Notes under the pieces: generated by a model
The model's input: only the letters and a program-made list of their open reading frames with translations
Database searches by the model: none
Told to the model about the DNA's origin: nothing
Shown: piece after piece, positions 10,669-20,930 of the stretch
Layout: each line of letters begins with the position of its first letter
How positions within the stretch are numbered: the first letter of the stretch is position 1
NCBI RefSeq assembly: GCF_006345805.1
Contig: NW_021833371.1
Coordinates: forward strand, 1-29,220
Origin: Octopus sinensis
Taxonomy: Eukaryota
Direction of reading: 5' to 3'
DNA length: 29,220 bases
Position numbers and translations under genes: made by a program

Positions 10669-10707
10669 GAGAAATAACCGGTTTCGTATTTGCTTCTCAA
10701 ATTTCTC
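10669..10707 (-). ncRNA. Decayed minimal hammerhead-like motif in a TA-flanked module (about 10545-10900)
   Basis: GAGAAAU-UUGAGAA-GCAAAUAC-GAAA-CCGGUU-AUUUCUC. Stem I is a perfect 7 bp and stem III is ACCGGU, but the core and stem II are degenerate. Confidence 0.45.
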
Positions 10708-11229
10708 GAATTTTTTACCGATACTGTGTCATCTCTTCACTATGATTTGAAGTATGAGAGTTTCAGACAGGGGAAGGTAATCAGGGATTTTTTCGGTATA
10801 AGAGAGATAATTATAAATATTGGGAATGACTAGGTTTTATTAATTTAAAATGATTTGGGTTAGAAAGAATAGAATGTTAGAAGTGGTTAGGTTTTGATTT
10901 ATATATATATATATTTTCCAATGAGGTAAGTTTCCTCATTTAAAAATGCTAGAAAAAGTTAACTTTGGGCTTATATTATAAGTAGGTTTCCTTATTTAAT
11001 CTAACTTGTGTTGGTGTACCAATAGCACATTGATAAAATGGAAAGATTAGAAATTGTGGCAGTAGTTACTTTGCTCATTTCTCAATGTGTTTACTAAAGG
11101 GTATCATTCTGTATGTTGGGAATGCAATCTGCTGTAAATGCAGAGTGCATCTGCATCTGAGTGATAATCCCGTGGACCCTATGTAGTTTTGGTGGCAGCC
11201 CGAGCATCCAGGGGACCTATAATTACAAT

Positions 11230-11600
11230 CCATTATAGCTGAAATTCAGTTCTGGCTGAATCAATATCCAGAAGAAATACCGTAAAGAATCAGCAAAGAA
11301 TTCATAATTGAATCGGTTGAATTCATCCTATGAAACAACCACTTTATGTTTGACAACATGTTTTATCAACAAAAATCCGGGACTGCCATGGGTACTAGGG
11401 CAGTCCCAGTCATTGCGAACCTAACAATGAGCTATCTGGAAATAATAATATACCAGGAATCTTTATCTACATTTGGAAACCCTCTTTCCCAATACATAAA
11501 AGAAAATTGGAAAAGATTTCTAGATGACTGTTTCAACCTCTGGAATGAAAACACAAATTCCTGAAATTCAAAAGACTTGAATATTTTTGTTTAAATTTGT
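11230..11600 (+). mobile_element. PLE reverse transcriptase fragment, second family (mirror 28865-29220, minus)
   Basis: NHFMFDNMFYQQKSGTAMGTR.APVIANLTMSYLE...WKRFLDDCF. Confidence 0.8.
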
Positions 11601-11849
11601 AAAGTATTTCAGAAACTTTGTGATAAGGTTCCTGCCTAGGAACATAGCCATGACATCCCCAAAAATATCAACATCTTTATTTTGGTATTTAGGAAGAAAT
11701 AAGAGGGAAATCATGCCAGGGTCAATACTGCAGTCCTTAACAAAAAAGGTTAAAAGGAACCCTCAAAACCTCAGTCTACCAACCAATAACCTAAGTTACA
11801 GTTGTCCCATTGTGTCAAGGTTACACAAAATATCAGCAAAGGAGTCACA

Positions 11850-12040
11850 TCACCATCATTATCATCATTTAACATCTGTCTCCCATGCTGGCATGGGTTG
11901 GACAGTTTGAGAGGAGCAGGTAAGCCAGTGGACTGTGTCAAGTTTGAGTCTGTTTTGGAATGGTCTCTACATCTGGATGCCCATCCTAATGCCAAACACA
12001 TTACAGGGTGTACTGGATGCTTTTCATGGAGCACCAACAT
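11850..12040 (-). mobile_element. SINE/RTE-type 3' tail (mirror about 28421-28611)
   Basis: Reverse complement has TTGGCATTAGGAAGGGCATCCAG...CCAACCCATGCCAGCATGG..GATGTTAAATGATGAT. Confidence 0.65.
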
Positions 12041-12324
12041 TGGAGACGTCTGTTTTGGCATAGACATGGACAAAAGATGGTGCTACAGGACCAAAGTAGA
12101 TTAAATCATTGTATAAGAAGAAATAAGACGTTTTCAAATATTTTAAATATTTATTTATTTAAAAAAAACAGCCATATATAAGTACATGTTTGGTAAAGTT
12201 TTAGTAATATCAGGATCAGTTTTTGTTAATTACATTATAATTCGGTCTTGTTTCTTGACATTTCATGACCCACTTTTCCTACAAATCTCATCCACTTATA
12301 AAACAGGACCCACACATATGTATA

Positions 12325-12707
12325 CATTCTTTTATTTATTTCAGTCATTTGACTGCGGCCATGCTGGAGCACCACCTTTACTCGAGAAAATCGACCCTAG
12401 GACTTATTCTTTGTAAGCCTAGAACTTATTCTATCGGTCCCTTTTGCCAAACCGCTAAGTTACGGGCATGTGAACATGCCAGCATCGGTTGTCAGGTGAT
12501 GTTAGGGACAAACGCACACACACACACATATATATATATATACGATGGGCTTCTTTTAATTTCTGTCTACTAAATACACTCACAAGGATTTGGGCGGACC
12601 CGAGGCTACAGTAGAAGACAGTTGCCCAAGGTGCCACACAGTGGGACTGAACCCAGAACCATGTAGTTGGTAAGCAAGCTACTTACCACACAGCTACTCC
12701 TGCACCT
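12325..12707 (-). mobile_element. Full-length tRNA/CORE-type SINE
   Basis: Head with A box TAGCTGTGTGG and B box GGTTCAGTCCC, CORE-like GGCACCTTGGGCAA.TGTCTTCTAC, internal (TA)(TG)n, and a 3' body ending ATGACTGAAA.AA.TAAAAGA. Confidence 0.85.
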
Positions 12708-13224
12708 ATATGTACACACACATGTATATATGTACACACACACACTTACATACATATATGTGTGTGTGCAATCATTAATCCAGACACATTTTCTTCTCTC
12801 CGTTTTTTACTTCATTCCTTTCTGTTCCTTGTTTGTTCTTTTCTTGGCTGTCTTTGTTTGTACAATTTTCAACTATACATTTACACACACTAATACTTTT
12901 CCCTCAATGAGATATTCCTCTTAACATGATAAGGCCTTTGTGGACAGTTCTTTTTATCAATGCTTACTGGTTACACTGAGTATTGGTCTACATGTGTACT
13001 TCATATGCATAACATGCTGCATGTATTTATATGTGTTTGTGTGCATGTATATTAGTAAAATTAAAATATTAGTGTATATTAGTAAAATTACAGTACAGTG
13101 AAAAAAAGGTATAGTGAAGCTGCCATGAAGAGTGGAAGATCCAACATTTCAAATAGACTCTTCCAGAGAATAGTTGCCAAGAAAGAAATTAATAAGGGAC
13201 AACAGCTTTACATCCTCTGCCATG

Positions 13225-14630
13225 TCGAGTATGCACACTGACATTACACATCCATCAGAGCATACTGGCTTCATTCCTCGCGAGTTTACGCATGTCCTCA
13301 GCAGTCACAGCCCATGTTTCACTGCCATGTAGCATGGCTGTTCGTACACATGCATCATACAGTCTGACTTTTACTCTGAGCGAGAGGCCTTTAGTCACCA
13401 GCAGAGGTAAGAGCTCTCTAAACTTAGCCCAGGCTATTCTTACTCTAGCAGTTACACTTTCAGTACACCCACCCCCACTACTGACTTGGTAACCTAGATA
13501 ACGGAAGCTATCAACTACTTCTAGTTTTTTCTCCTGGAAAGTGACGGAAGTTGTTTTCTGCAGATTTTCAGTGTTTATTGCTCCTGAGCATCTGCCAAAT
13601 ACAAAAACTATCTTCCCAGTTAGCCTTCCTTTAACATTGCTGCACCTCTTATGTGTCCATAGCTTACACTGGGTACATCTTATAGAGTTTCTACCTACAC
13701 CTTTCCTACAGATCGAGCAGGGCCATCTACTTGAAGGCATTTGTGGTTTATCTACCTTCCTACTTATTAGGACTTTGGTTTTAGCTAGGTTGACTCTAAG
13801 GCCCCTCAATTCTAATCCTTGCTTCCACACCTGAAACTTCTTCTCCAGTTCTGATAGTGACTCAGCAATTAGAGCAAGGTCATCAGCATAGAGGAGCTCC
13901 CAGGGGCATCCTGTCTTGAATTCCTCCGTAATTGCCTGGAGGACTATGATAAATAGGAGGGGGCTGAGGACTGAACCCTGGTGGACCCCAACCTCTACCT
14001 TGAATTCTTCAGTGTACACGTTGCCAACCCTAACCTTACTTACAGCATCCCTGTACATGGCTTGCACAGCTCTCACCAGCCATTCATCTATCCCTAGTTT
14101 CCTCATTGACCACCAGATAAGGGATCGGGGGGACCCTGTCGAAGGCTTTCTCCATGTCAACGAAAGCCAGGTACAGGGGCTTATCTTTGGCTAGGTATTT
14201 CTCCTGCAGAAATATGGCATCAGTGGTTCTTTTCCCTGGCACAAAACCAAACTGCATCTCATCCAAGTTGACTCTCTCCCTAATCAGTTGGGCTATGACC
14301 CTCTCCGTAACCTTCATTACCTGATCCAACAGCTTGATACCTCTGTAACTATTTGTATCTAGGGCGTCACCTTTACCTTTGTAGCAGTTGACTATTATGC
14401 TGCTACACCAGTCATTGGGTATGACTCCTTCGTGTATCACCTGGTTAACTATAAAGGCGACTAGGCTATAGCCGACACTGCCAGATATTTTGAGCATCTC
14501 TGCAGTAATTCCTGATGGGCCTGGGGCTTTCCCTATCTTCATGCTTCTAATTGCCTTAACTACCAAAGAACTGTCAACTCGGATAGCTGGTCCCTCTGTT
14601 GGGTTGACATTCGGCAGGCTCTCTTTATCC
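13225..14630 (-). mobile_element. RTE-clade LINE, 5'- and 3'-truncated, RT with inserted PHD finger
   Basis: ORFs 14084-14749 and 13255-14160: KAPGPSG, YRGIKLL, QFGF, DMEKAFD, GVHQGSVLSP, YADD, FRYLG, LHGSETW. One frameshift and a CGA>TGA stop. Confidence 0.95.
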
Positions 14631-14879
14631 CATATACTTATATATACATATATATATATATATATAATACACACACGATATGCATATATGACTGTGAAAA
14701 ACCATAACCATTTATTAAGAAAATTAGTTATCAATATTTTCACTAACATATTTCCTATAGAATCATGAAACTAATTCCTTCCAAGTGTTTTCCTCAGGAG
14801 AATATTCTTCTATCATAATATTTCTGTTGGAATATTGAAACCTTTACATCACACCTATTTATTAAATCAAAACAAATTT

Positions 14880-14965
14880 TAAATTTAATTTTTAGAAAAA
14901 TTCAATTTTAATTTTTAGAAAAATTCAATTTTAATTTTAGAAAGAATTCAATTTTAAGTTTAGAA
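14880..14965. repeat. 23-bp tandem repeat ATTTTTAGAAAAATTCAATTTTA; the left arm has one more unit than the right (about 26150-26215)
   Basis: Explains the 41117 to 41094 shift in mirror coordinate sums. Confidence 0.85.
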
Positions 14966-15160
14966 AATCTAACACAAGTATAATCAGTCCATGCCATGAC
15001 AGCCGGCTTAATTTTCAAGATGAAATATTAAAAGATCTTTCAACAACTCGTAAGATTGTAGCAATAAACATGACCAAATAATTAAGTTTCCTGTTCTGTC
15101 TTTCCTGTGTATCAAGTAAGTCTTATCTCCAAACAAACAAGTTTTCCATCTGATGTTCTG

Positions 15161-15312
15161 CTAGACGTGTTCCAGTAAACTCAGATAATCTGAAAGGATC
15201 TGTGATTCTTCTATAAGTAAGAAATCAAGGTAATCTTCAGAATCTCTGGGTAGAATTTTCCTGAAATTATCCAACACCTCCTTCTCTTTCATGTCTTGTT
15301 CTTGAGTATTTT
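15161..15312 (-). CDS. Candidate terminal coding exon of an unidentified host gene
   Basis: Acceptor CCTTTCTATTTTGACAG|. Only the phase-1 frame is open: NTQEQDMKEKEVLDNFRKILPRDSEDYLDFLLIEESQILSDYLSLLEHV*. No TE motifs, and AATAAA about 275-300 nt downstream. Confidence 0.5.
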
Positions 15313-15354
15313 CTGTCAAAATAGAAAGGATTATAAATGTAAAATGCCAGTTAT

Positions 15355-15515
15355 CATTTTATCTTTTACTTGTTTCAGTCATTGGATTGCAGCCATGCTG
15401 GAGCACTACCTTGAAGGATTTAATCAAATAAATTAACCCCAGGACATATTTTCTTTTTAATCTGATGCATATTCTATCAGTCGATTTTGGCGAACCATTA
15501 AGGGGATGTAAATAA
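15355..15515 (-). mobile_element. SINE 3' tail fragment (mirror about 25602-25762)
   Basis: TCTTTTACTTGTTTCAGTCATT.GA.TGC.GCCATGCTGGAGCAC. Confidence 0.75.
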
Positions 15516-15593
15516 AACTGGGACAGACCCAAAGGGAGGCCTGAGGGACACATGTCTCCCTCAAGAAAAGAAGTGCGCCCTTTTAAATAATAT

Positions 15594-16922
15594 TATAAGT
15601 CTGTTCACCGAAGTCCCAACTGGTGAAGCACTATCAATGATTCAAGAAAAACTAAGGACAGACATCCATATAAAAGAACGCACTAGTATGCCAATAAGAA
15701 ACCTGATGAAAATGTTGACTTTCTGTGCAGAAACTACCTATAGATAGATATACCTACAGTATAGATAGATATCGACATGAAGAGAGTTTAGCTATGGGTT
15801 CACCATTATCACCAATAATAGCCAATATATACATGGAATACTTTAAGAATTTGGCTTTAGGATCAACACCACTAAAACCAACACTATGGCTGCTATATGT
15901 TGATGACACCTTCATACTCTGGCCCCATCAGGAAGATGTCCAAGTGTTGTTAGATCATGTGAACTCAATAAAGCCATCCATACAGTTCACAATGGAAAAA
16001 GAAAAAGACAATCAGCTAGCATTCCTGGACGTGTTAATAACACACACCAGGTATGGATTCAGCACATCCGTATACTGCAAGCCGACCTTTGCTAGACGAT
16101 CCTTCAACTTCAGCTCCCAACATCCATACAGTGTAAAGAGAGGGATTGCTCAGTGCCTAAAACCTCGAGCAATGAATATAAGTAGCAATCAAGCTCAGTA
16201 ACAATCTATTAAGCAACAACTACCCCAAAATCACTCTCCACTCCAATCATGAAGAAAAGAGAGGATGAAACTGATAAACTAATCACAGTCTGTCTACCCT
16301 ATGTGAAAGGCCTCTCTGAAAAGATACAAAAGATATGCGGCCTATATGACATCAGGGCAGTATTCAAAAGTAACATAACACTTTGCAAATATCTCCTTCA
16401 AGTAAAACCACCAATAGAAGAGAATATGACTAAGAACTGCATGTACTCCATCCCATACAGCTGTGGTAGGTAATACAAAGGCAAGATATGCTGCCACCCC
16501 AAAATAAGGGTAGAAGAACATCGCAAAGTTGTGACATGGGGAGATATTGATTAATCGGGTATAGCTGATCAAGTATGGAAAAATGGAGACCACTTTCCCC
16601 TGTGGGATGAAGTTAAAATAATAGACAGAGAACACCACTGAGAAATACGAAAACTAAAAGAAGCAGCACATATGCTAGGACACAACAACCTCCGAAGCAG
16701 ACTGAGTGCAGTTAGGAACAGCATATGGAAAGTGGTATTAAGGAAGGATAGGAGAATATTAGATTTATAAGCCTTTGGTAATAACAACACCAACATCAAA
16801 AAATACCTTTTCCCAAGACACCTGATGAAGACTGGAGGGCATATCAGCCGAAACATTGTGTTAACAACAAACAAGATGAGGACAAATATCCATCAATTGT
16901 AAATTCCTCATCTCTTAAATAT
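15594..16922 (+). mobile_element. 5'-truncated Penelope-like element: RT, GIY-YIG endonuclease, pLTR with hammerhead
   Basis: SLFTEVP; LAMGSPLSPIIANIYME; WLLYVDDTF; IQFTMEKE..QLAFLDV; NCMYSIPYSCGR*YKG..RVEEH; RKLKEA. Several stops. Confidence 0.92.
16817..16862 (+). ncRNA. Minimal type I hammerhead in PLE pLTR (mirror 24255-24300, minus)
   Basis: GACAC-CUGAUGAA-GACUG(loop)CAGCC-GAAACAUU-GUGUU. Confidence 0.65.
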
Positions 16923-17051
16923 AGAACTGGAATATATATATACATATTGATACAAATGGTAAGACAACAAAAGAAAGAAAGAGACCTCGATATTATGTAA
17001 ATAGAGGAATTTGTCTGTAAATGTAATATGTGACAATTATTCGGTAGCCAT

Positions 17052-17112
17052 GATAAAACTCCAAGTTTCAGATGTCAGACTGGAAATCCACGCCGCCCTC
17101 TCTTCAGTTATC
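17052..17112 (-). ncRNA. Type I hammerhead-like motif in an approximately 200-bp TA-flanked module (16925-17132); mirror 24005-24065, plus
   Basis: GAUAA-CUGAAGA-[stem II with UGG/CCA hairpin]-GAA-ACU(UGG)AGU-U-UUAUC. Stem I is 5 bp, stem III is 3 bp, and the triplet is GUU. Confidence 0.6.
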
Positions 17113-17150
17113 CAGCCATCGGAAAAAATGCTATATATATATATATATAT

Positions 17151-18780
17151 ATTTATCATAGTCCTCCAGGCAATAACGGAGGAATTCAAGACAGGATGCC
17201 CTTGGGAGCTCCTCTATGCTGATGACCTTGCTCTAATTGCTGAGTCGCTATCAGAACTGGAGGAGAAGTTTCAGGTGTGGAAACAAGGATTAGAATCGAA
17301 GGGCCTCAGAGTCAATCTAGCTAAAACCAAAGTCGTAATCAGTAGGAAGGTAGACAAATCACAAACACCTTCAGGTAGATGGCCCTGCTCGATCTGTAGA
17401 AAAGGTGTAGGTAGAAACTCTATAAGATGCACCAAGTGTAAGCTATGGACACATAAGAGATGCAGCAATGTCAAAGGAAGGCTAACTAGGAAGATGGTTT
17501 TTGTATGTGGCAGATGCTCAGGAACAATAAACACTGAAAATGCTCTGAGACCAACTTCCGTCACTTTCCAGGGAGAAAAACTAGAAATAGTTGATAGTTT
17601 CCGTTACCTAGGTGACCAAGTCAGCAGCGGGGGCGGGTGTGCTGAAAGTGTAACTGCTAGAGTAAGAATAGCTTGGGCAAAGTTCAGAGAGCTCTTACCG
17701 CTGCTGGTGACAAAAGGCCTCTCGCACAGAGTGAAAGGCAGACTGTATGATGCGTGTGTACGAACAGCCATGCTACATGGCAGTGAAACATGGGCCGTGA
17801 CTGCTGAGGATATGCGTAAGCTCGCTAGAAATGAAGCCAGTATGCTCCGATGGATGTGTAATGCCGGTACTCACACTCGGCAGAGTGTAAGTACCTTGAG
17901 AGAAAAGCTGGACCTAAGAAGCATCAGTTGTGGTGTGCAAGAGAGACGTTTGCGCTGGTATGGTCATGTGGCGAGAATGGATGAAGATAGTTGTGTGAAA
18001 AAGTGCCACACCCTAGCGGTTGAGGGAACCTGTGGAAGAGGCAGACCCAGGAAAACCTGGGACGAGGTGGTGAAGCACGACCTTCAAACTTTAGGTCTCA
18101 CTGAGGAAATGACTAGAGACCGAGACCTCTGGAAGTGTGCTGTGCGCGAGAAGACCCGGCAGGACAAGTGAGTCCATAACCCGTGGCCTTCTACATGGGA
18201 TGGAGCCAGCCTACGTATGCATACCTTCCCTTCTTGGGACACAAAACTCTACTTGTGAAGACGTGATGAGGCAAGTGAGGATCAGAATCGAAATCGATCA
18301 ATGGAAATTGCGGATGTGCTACCAGTGCCGGTGGCATGTCAAAACTCTGCTTGTGAAGACCCGTTGAGGCAAGTGACGATCAGAATCGAAATCGATCAAT
18401 GGAAATCGATCAATGGAAATTGCAGATGTGTTACCAGTGCCGGTGGCATGTAAGAGAACTTTCCGTTTCGCGACCGTTGCCAGCACCGCCCCGTTTCGTG
18501 TCCGTTGCCAGCCTCGCCTGGCCCTCGTGCCGGTGGCACATAAAAAGCACCATCCGTTCGTGGCCGTTTGCCAGCTCTGTCTGGCACCAGTGCGGGTGGC
18601 ACGTAAAAAGCACCCACTACACTCACGGAGTGGTTGGCGTTAGGAAGGGCATCCAGCCGTAGAAACACTGCCAGATTTGACTGGGCCTGATGAAGCCTTC
18701 TGGCTTCACAGACCCCAGTAGAACCGTCCAACCCATGCTAGCATGGAAAACGGACGCTAAACGATGATGATGATGATGAT
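17151..18780 (+). mobile_element. 5'-truncated RTE LINE with intact 3' end, PHD finger in RT, (GAT)n tail
   Basis: Open from IIVLQA through YADD, PHD, FRYLG, LHGSETW, RRLRWYGHV, GRGRPRKTW to the stop at 18171. The 3' UTR has a 98-bp tandem duplication and ends GACGCTAAACGATGATGAT. Confidence 0.96.
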
Positions 18781-18788
18781 ATATATAC

Positions 18789-19117
18789 GGCTTTGTAAGT
18801 TACTGAGAAAAAGCTACTATGGAAGGCTTATAGTATAATAACTGTATAACATATAATAATATTTTATTCCTGGTTTGAAGCAACAATTTATAAATACAAA
18901 CAAATAACTTAAAAATGTTGAGCTAACCCCACACAGAATCAAACCCACAAATCAACACTAACATCCAATTGGCCAAATGCTCATTCATCAATTTCAGCCA
19001 AATTTAGTTAATATATACTTAAAGAGAGAATAAAATATTGCTACGGTATGTTATTATACGGTTACCGGTATACTATGAACCTTCCATTGTAGCTTTCTCT
19101 CCATAACTTACAAAGCC
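18789..19117. mobile_element. MITE-like element with about 85-bp imperfect TIRs (mirror 21997-22325); a diverged inverted interior copy lies at about 19329-19517
   Basis: GGCTTTGTAAGTTA..GAGA.AAAGCTAC.ATGGAAGG at both ends; no clear TSD. Confidence 0.7.
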
Positions 19118-19134
19118 TTCTGCGTTGCTTTACA

Positions 19135-19305
19135 AATATTATATGTAGTATGTCTTTCCATTCTGACTTCAAATTCCATCGAGGTCGACTTTATCTTCCA
19201 TCCTTTTGGAGTTGATAAATTAAATACCTGTTGCGTATTGGGTTGATCTAATTGACTGCCCCCACCAAAAAACAATTTCAGGCCTTGTGCTTAGCATAGA
19301 AAAGG
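19135..19305 (+). mobile_element. Decayed SINE body (mirror about 21809-21979)
   Basis: TTCAAATTCC..CGAGGTCGACTTT..CTTCCATCCTTT.GG.GT.GATAAAT motif; family not assigned. Confidence 0.5.
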
Positions 19306-19552
19306 TTATATATAGTACATGTTAGACGGTATATATTAACTAAATTTGGCTGAAATTGATAGGTGAGTGTTTGGCTAATCAGATACACAAGAATCCGTAT
19401 TGTCGTCAATTTGTAGGTTCGTTTCTAGCTGGGGTTAATTCATTATTATCCAGTCATTTGTTGGTATTTATAAATTGTCACTTCAAAACAGAGAATAAAA
19501 TGTTATTATACAGTTGTATATATATATATATATATATATATATGAAGATATA

Positions 19553-19874
19553 TACTCTTTTACTTGTTTCAGTCCTTTGACTGCGGCCATGCTGAAACAC
19601 CGTCTTTAGTCAAGCAAATCGACCCCGGGACTTATCTATCGGTCTCTTTGCCGAACCACTAAGTGACGTAAACACACCAGCATCAGTTGTCAAGCAATGC
19701 TAAAGGGACAAACATAGACACACAAACATGCACTCACATATATATATGCATATATACGACAGGCTTCTTTCAGTTTCTGTCTACCAAATCCACTCACAAG
19801 GCTTTGGTCGGCCCGAGGCTATAGTAGAAGACACTTGCCCAAGATGCCACGCAGTGGGACTGAACCCGGAACCA
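19553..19874 (-). mobile_element. tRNA/CORE-type SINE truncated in the head by (TA)n (mirror 21240-21561)
   Basis: Same body as 12325-12660. Confidence 0.85.
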
Positions 19875-19947
19875 GATATATATATATACATATATATATA
19901 CATACATACATATATATAAATAATTTATATCTATATATATATATATG

Positions 19948-19998
<51 letters not shown>

Positions 19999-20005
19999 TA
20001 TATAT

Positions 20006-20472
20006 AAAAATAATTAAATAGTGTTCAGTCCAGATTCTCTCACTCTGCAAAAGTTTCTAGTTCGAATCACACGTGTCTCGAGATGTGCCGAAGATTTTCT
20101 ATTTTGGATATATTTGGGGTACTTAGGTCTGCTCTGGACTTAGTGCTTGCTTTTTCCATGGGTATGAGTAAGTATTTCATTTATATCTCACGTATTTATC
20201 GCTGAAGAGAGGAAAATTCTTATGAATTAACCCCGAAATTGGGACCAATACGGTAATAACGGATTTTTTAGAAATTTCTATCTGTTTGTTTCGAGATGCA
20301 CAAATTATAATGGTTATTGACAATTTTGTCTTTTTTTCGGCATATTTGGCATTAGAATTTTTCTTTTGCCCTTATTTTGTAAATTATTTATAAATTTAAC
20401 CTTTAGAGGTATTTTTTGATATGCTGGCCATTGATAAAATTTTTTTCGAGAAAAAAATTTTATCTTCATTAG

Positions 20473-20473
<1 letters not shown>
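20006..20473 (+). mobile_element. Non-coding, (TA)n-flanked hammerhead module (retrozyme- or pLTR-like); mirror about 20647-21115
   Basis: About 470 bp of complex sequence between two long (TA)n tracts, with a central hammerhead and a 14-bp terminal hairpin. Confidence 0.55.
20191..20261 (+). ncRNA. Type I hammerhead ribozyme with intact catalytic core
   Basis: Stem I UUAUCG/CGGUAA plus 2x2 loop plus CGU/ACG; CUGAAGA; stem II GAGG..AAUUC(UUAU)GAAUU..CCCC; GAA; stem III AUUG(GGAC)CAAU; triplet AUA, with cleavage predicted after 20250. Confidence 0.78.
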
Positions 20474-20510
<37 letters not shown>

Positions 20511-20616
20511 ATATATATATACATATATATATACATACATACATATACATATATATATATATATATATACATATATATGTATATGTATGTATGTATATAT
20601 ATATGTATATATATAT

Positions 20617-20646
<30 letters not shown>
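20474..20646. repeat. Compound (TA)n/(TACA)n microsatellite forming the palindrome axis
   Basis: C20548 pairs with G20579 (axis about 20563.5). The 30 nt between them are pure alternating AT except a single C at 20570. Confidence 0.95.
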
Positions 20647-20647
<1 letters not shown>

Positions 20648-20859
20648 ACTAATGAAGATAAAATTTTTTTCTCGAAAAAAATTTTATCAATGGCCAGCAT
20701 ATCAAAAAATACCTCTAAAGGTTAAATTTATAAATAATTTACAAAATAAGGGCAAAAGAAAAATTCTAATGCCAAATATGCCGAAAAAAAGACAAAATTG
20801 TCAATAACCATTATAATTTGTGCATCTCGAAACAAACAGATAGAAATTTCTAAAAAATC

Positions 20860-20930
20860 CGTTATTACCGTATTGGTCCCAATTTCGGGGTTAATTCATA
20901 AGAATTTTCCTCTCTTCAGCGATAAATACG
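20860..20930 (-). ncRNA. Mirror copy of the type I hammerhead
   Basis: Reverse complement of 20191-20261 (coordinate sum 41121). Confidence 0.78.

Noticed and set aside
11600-11835. Host exon in ORF 11587-11910
   Set aside because: An alternative frame resembles a decayed LINE RT motif (V..KKG.K..P.N..PI) and there are no splice signals; too degraded to classify.
11326-13257. In-frame TGA codons in PLE (about 11330) and RTE (13255) as selenocysteine or readthrough
   Set aside because: The other RTE copy has CGA at the equivalent codon (about 17847), so CpG decay explains it. The PLE TGA is likewise one CpG transition from CGA, and no SECIS was evident.
17011-17150. N-terminal 47 aa of the 386-aa ORF as a novel RT fusion
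   Set aside because: Chance open frame through the antisense hammerhead module and (TA)n; RTE homology starts at 17151.
18258-18302. Hammerhead-like GUGAUGAG...CGAAAUCGAUC in the RTE 3' UTR
   Set aside because: C3 is missing, the duplicate reads CCGUUGAG, and there is no stem I pairing.
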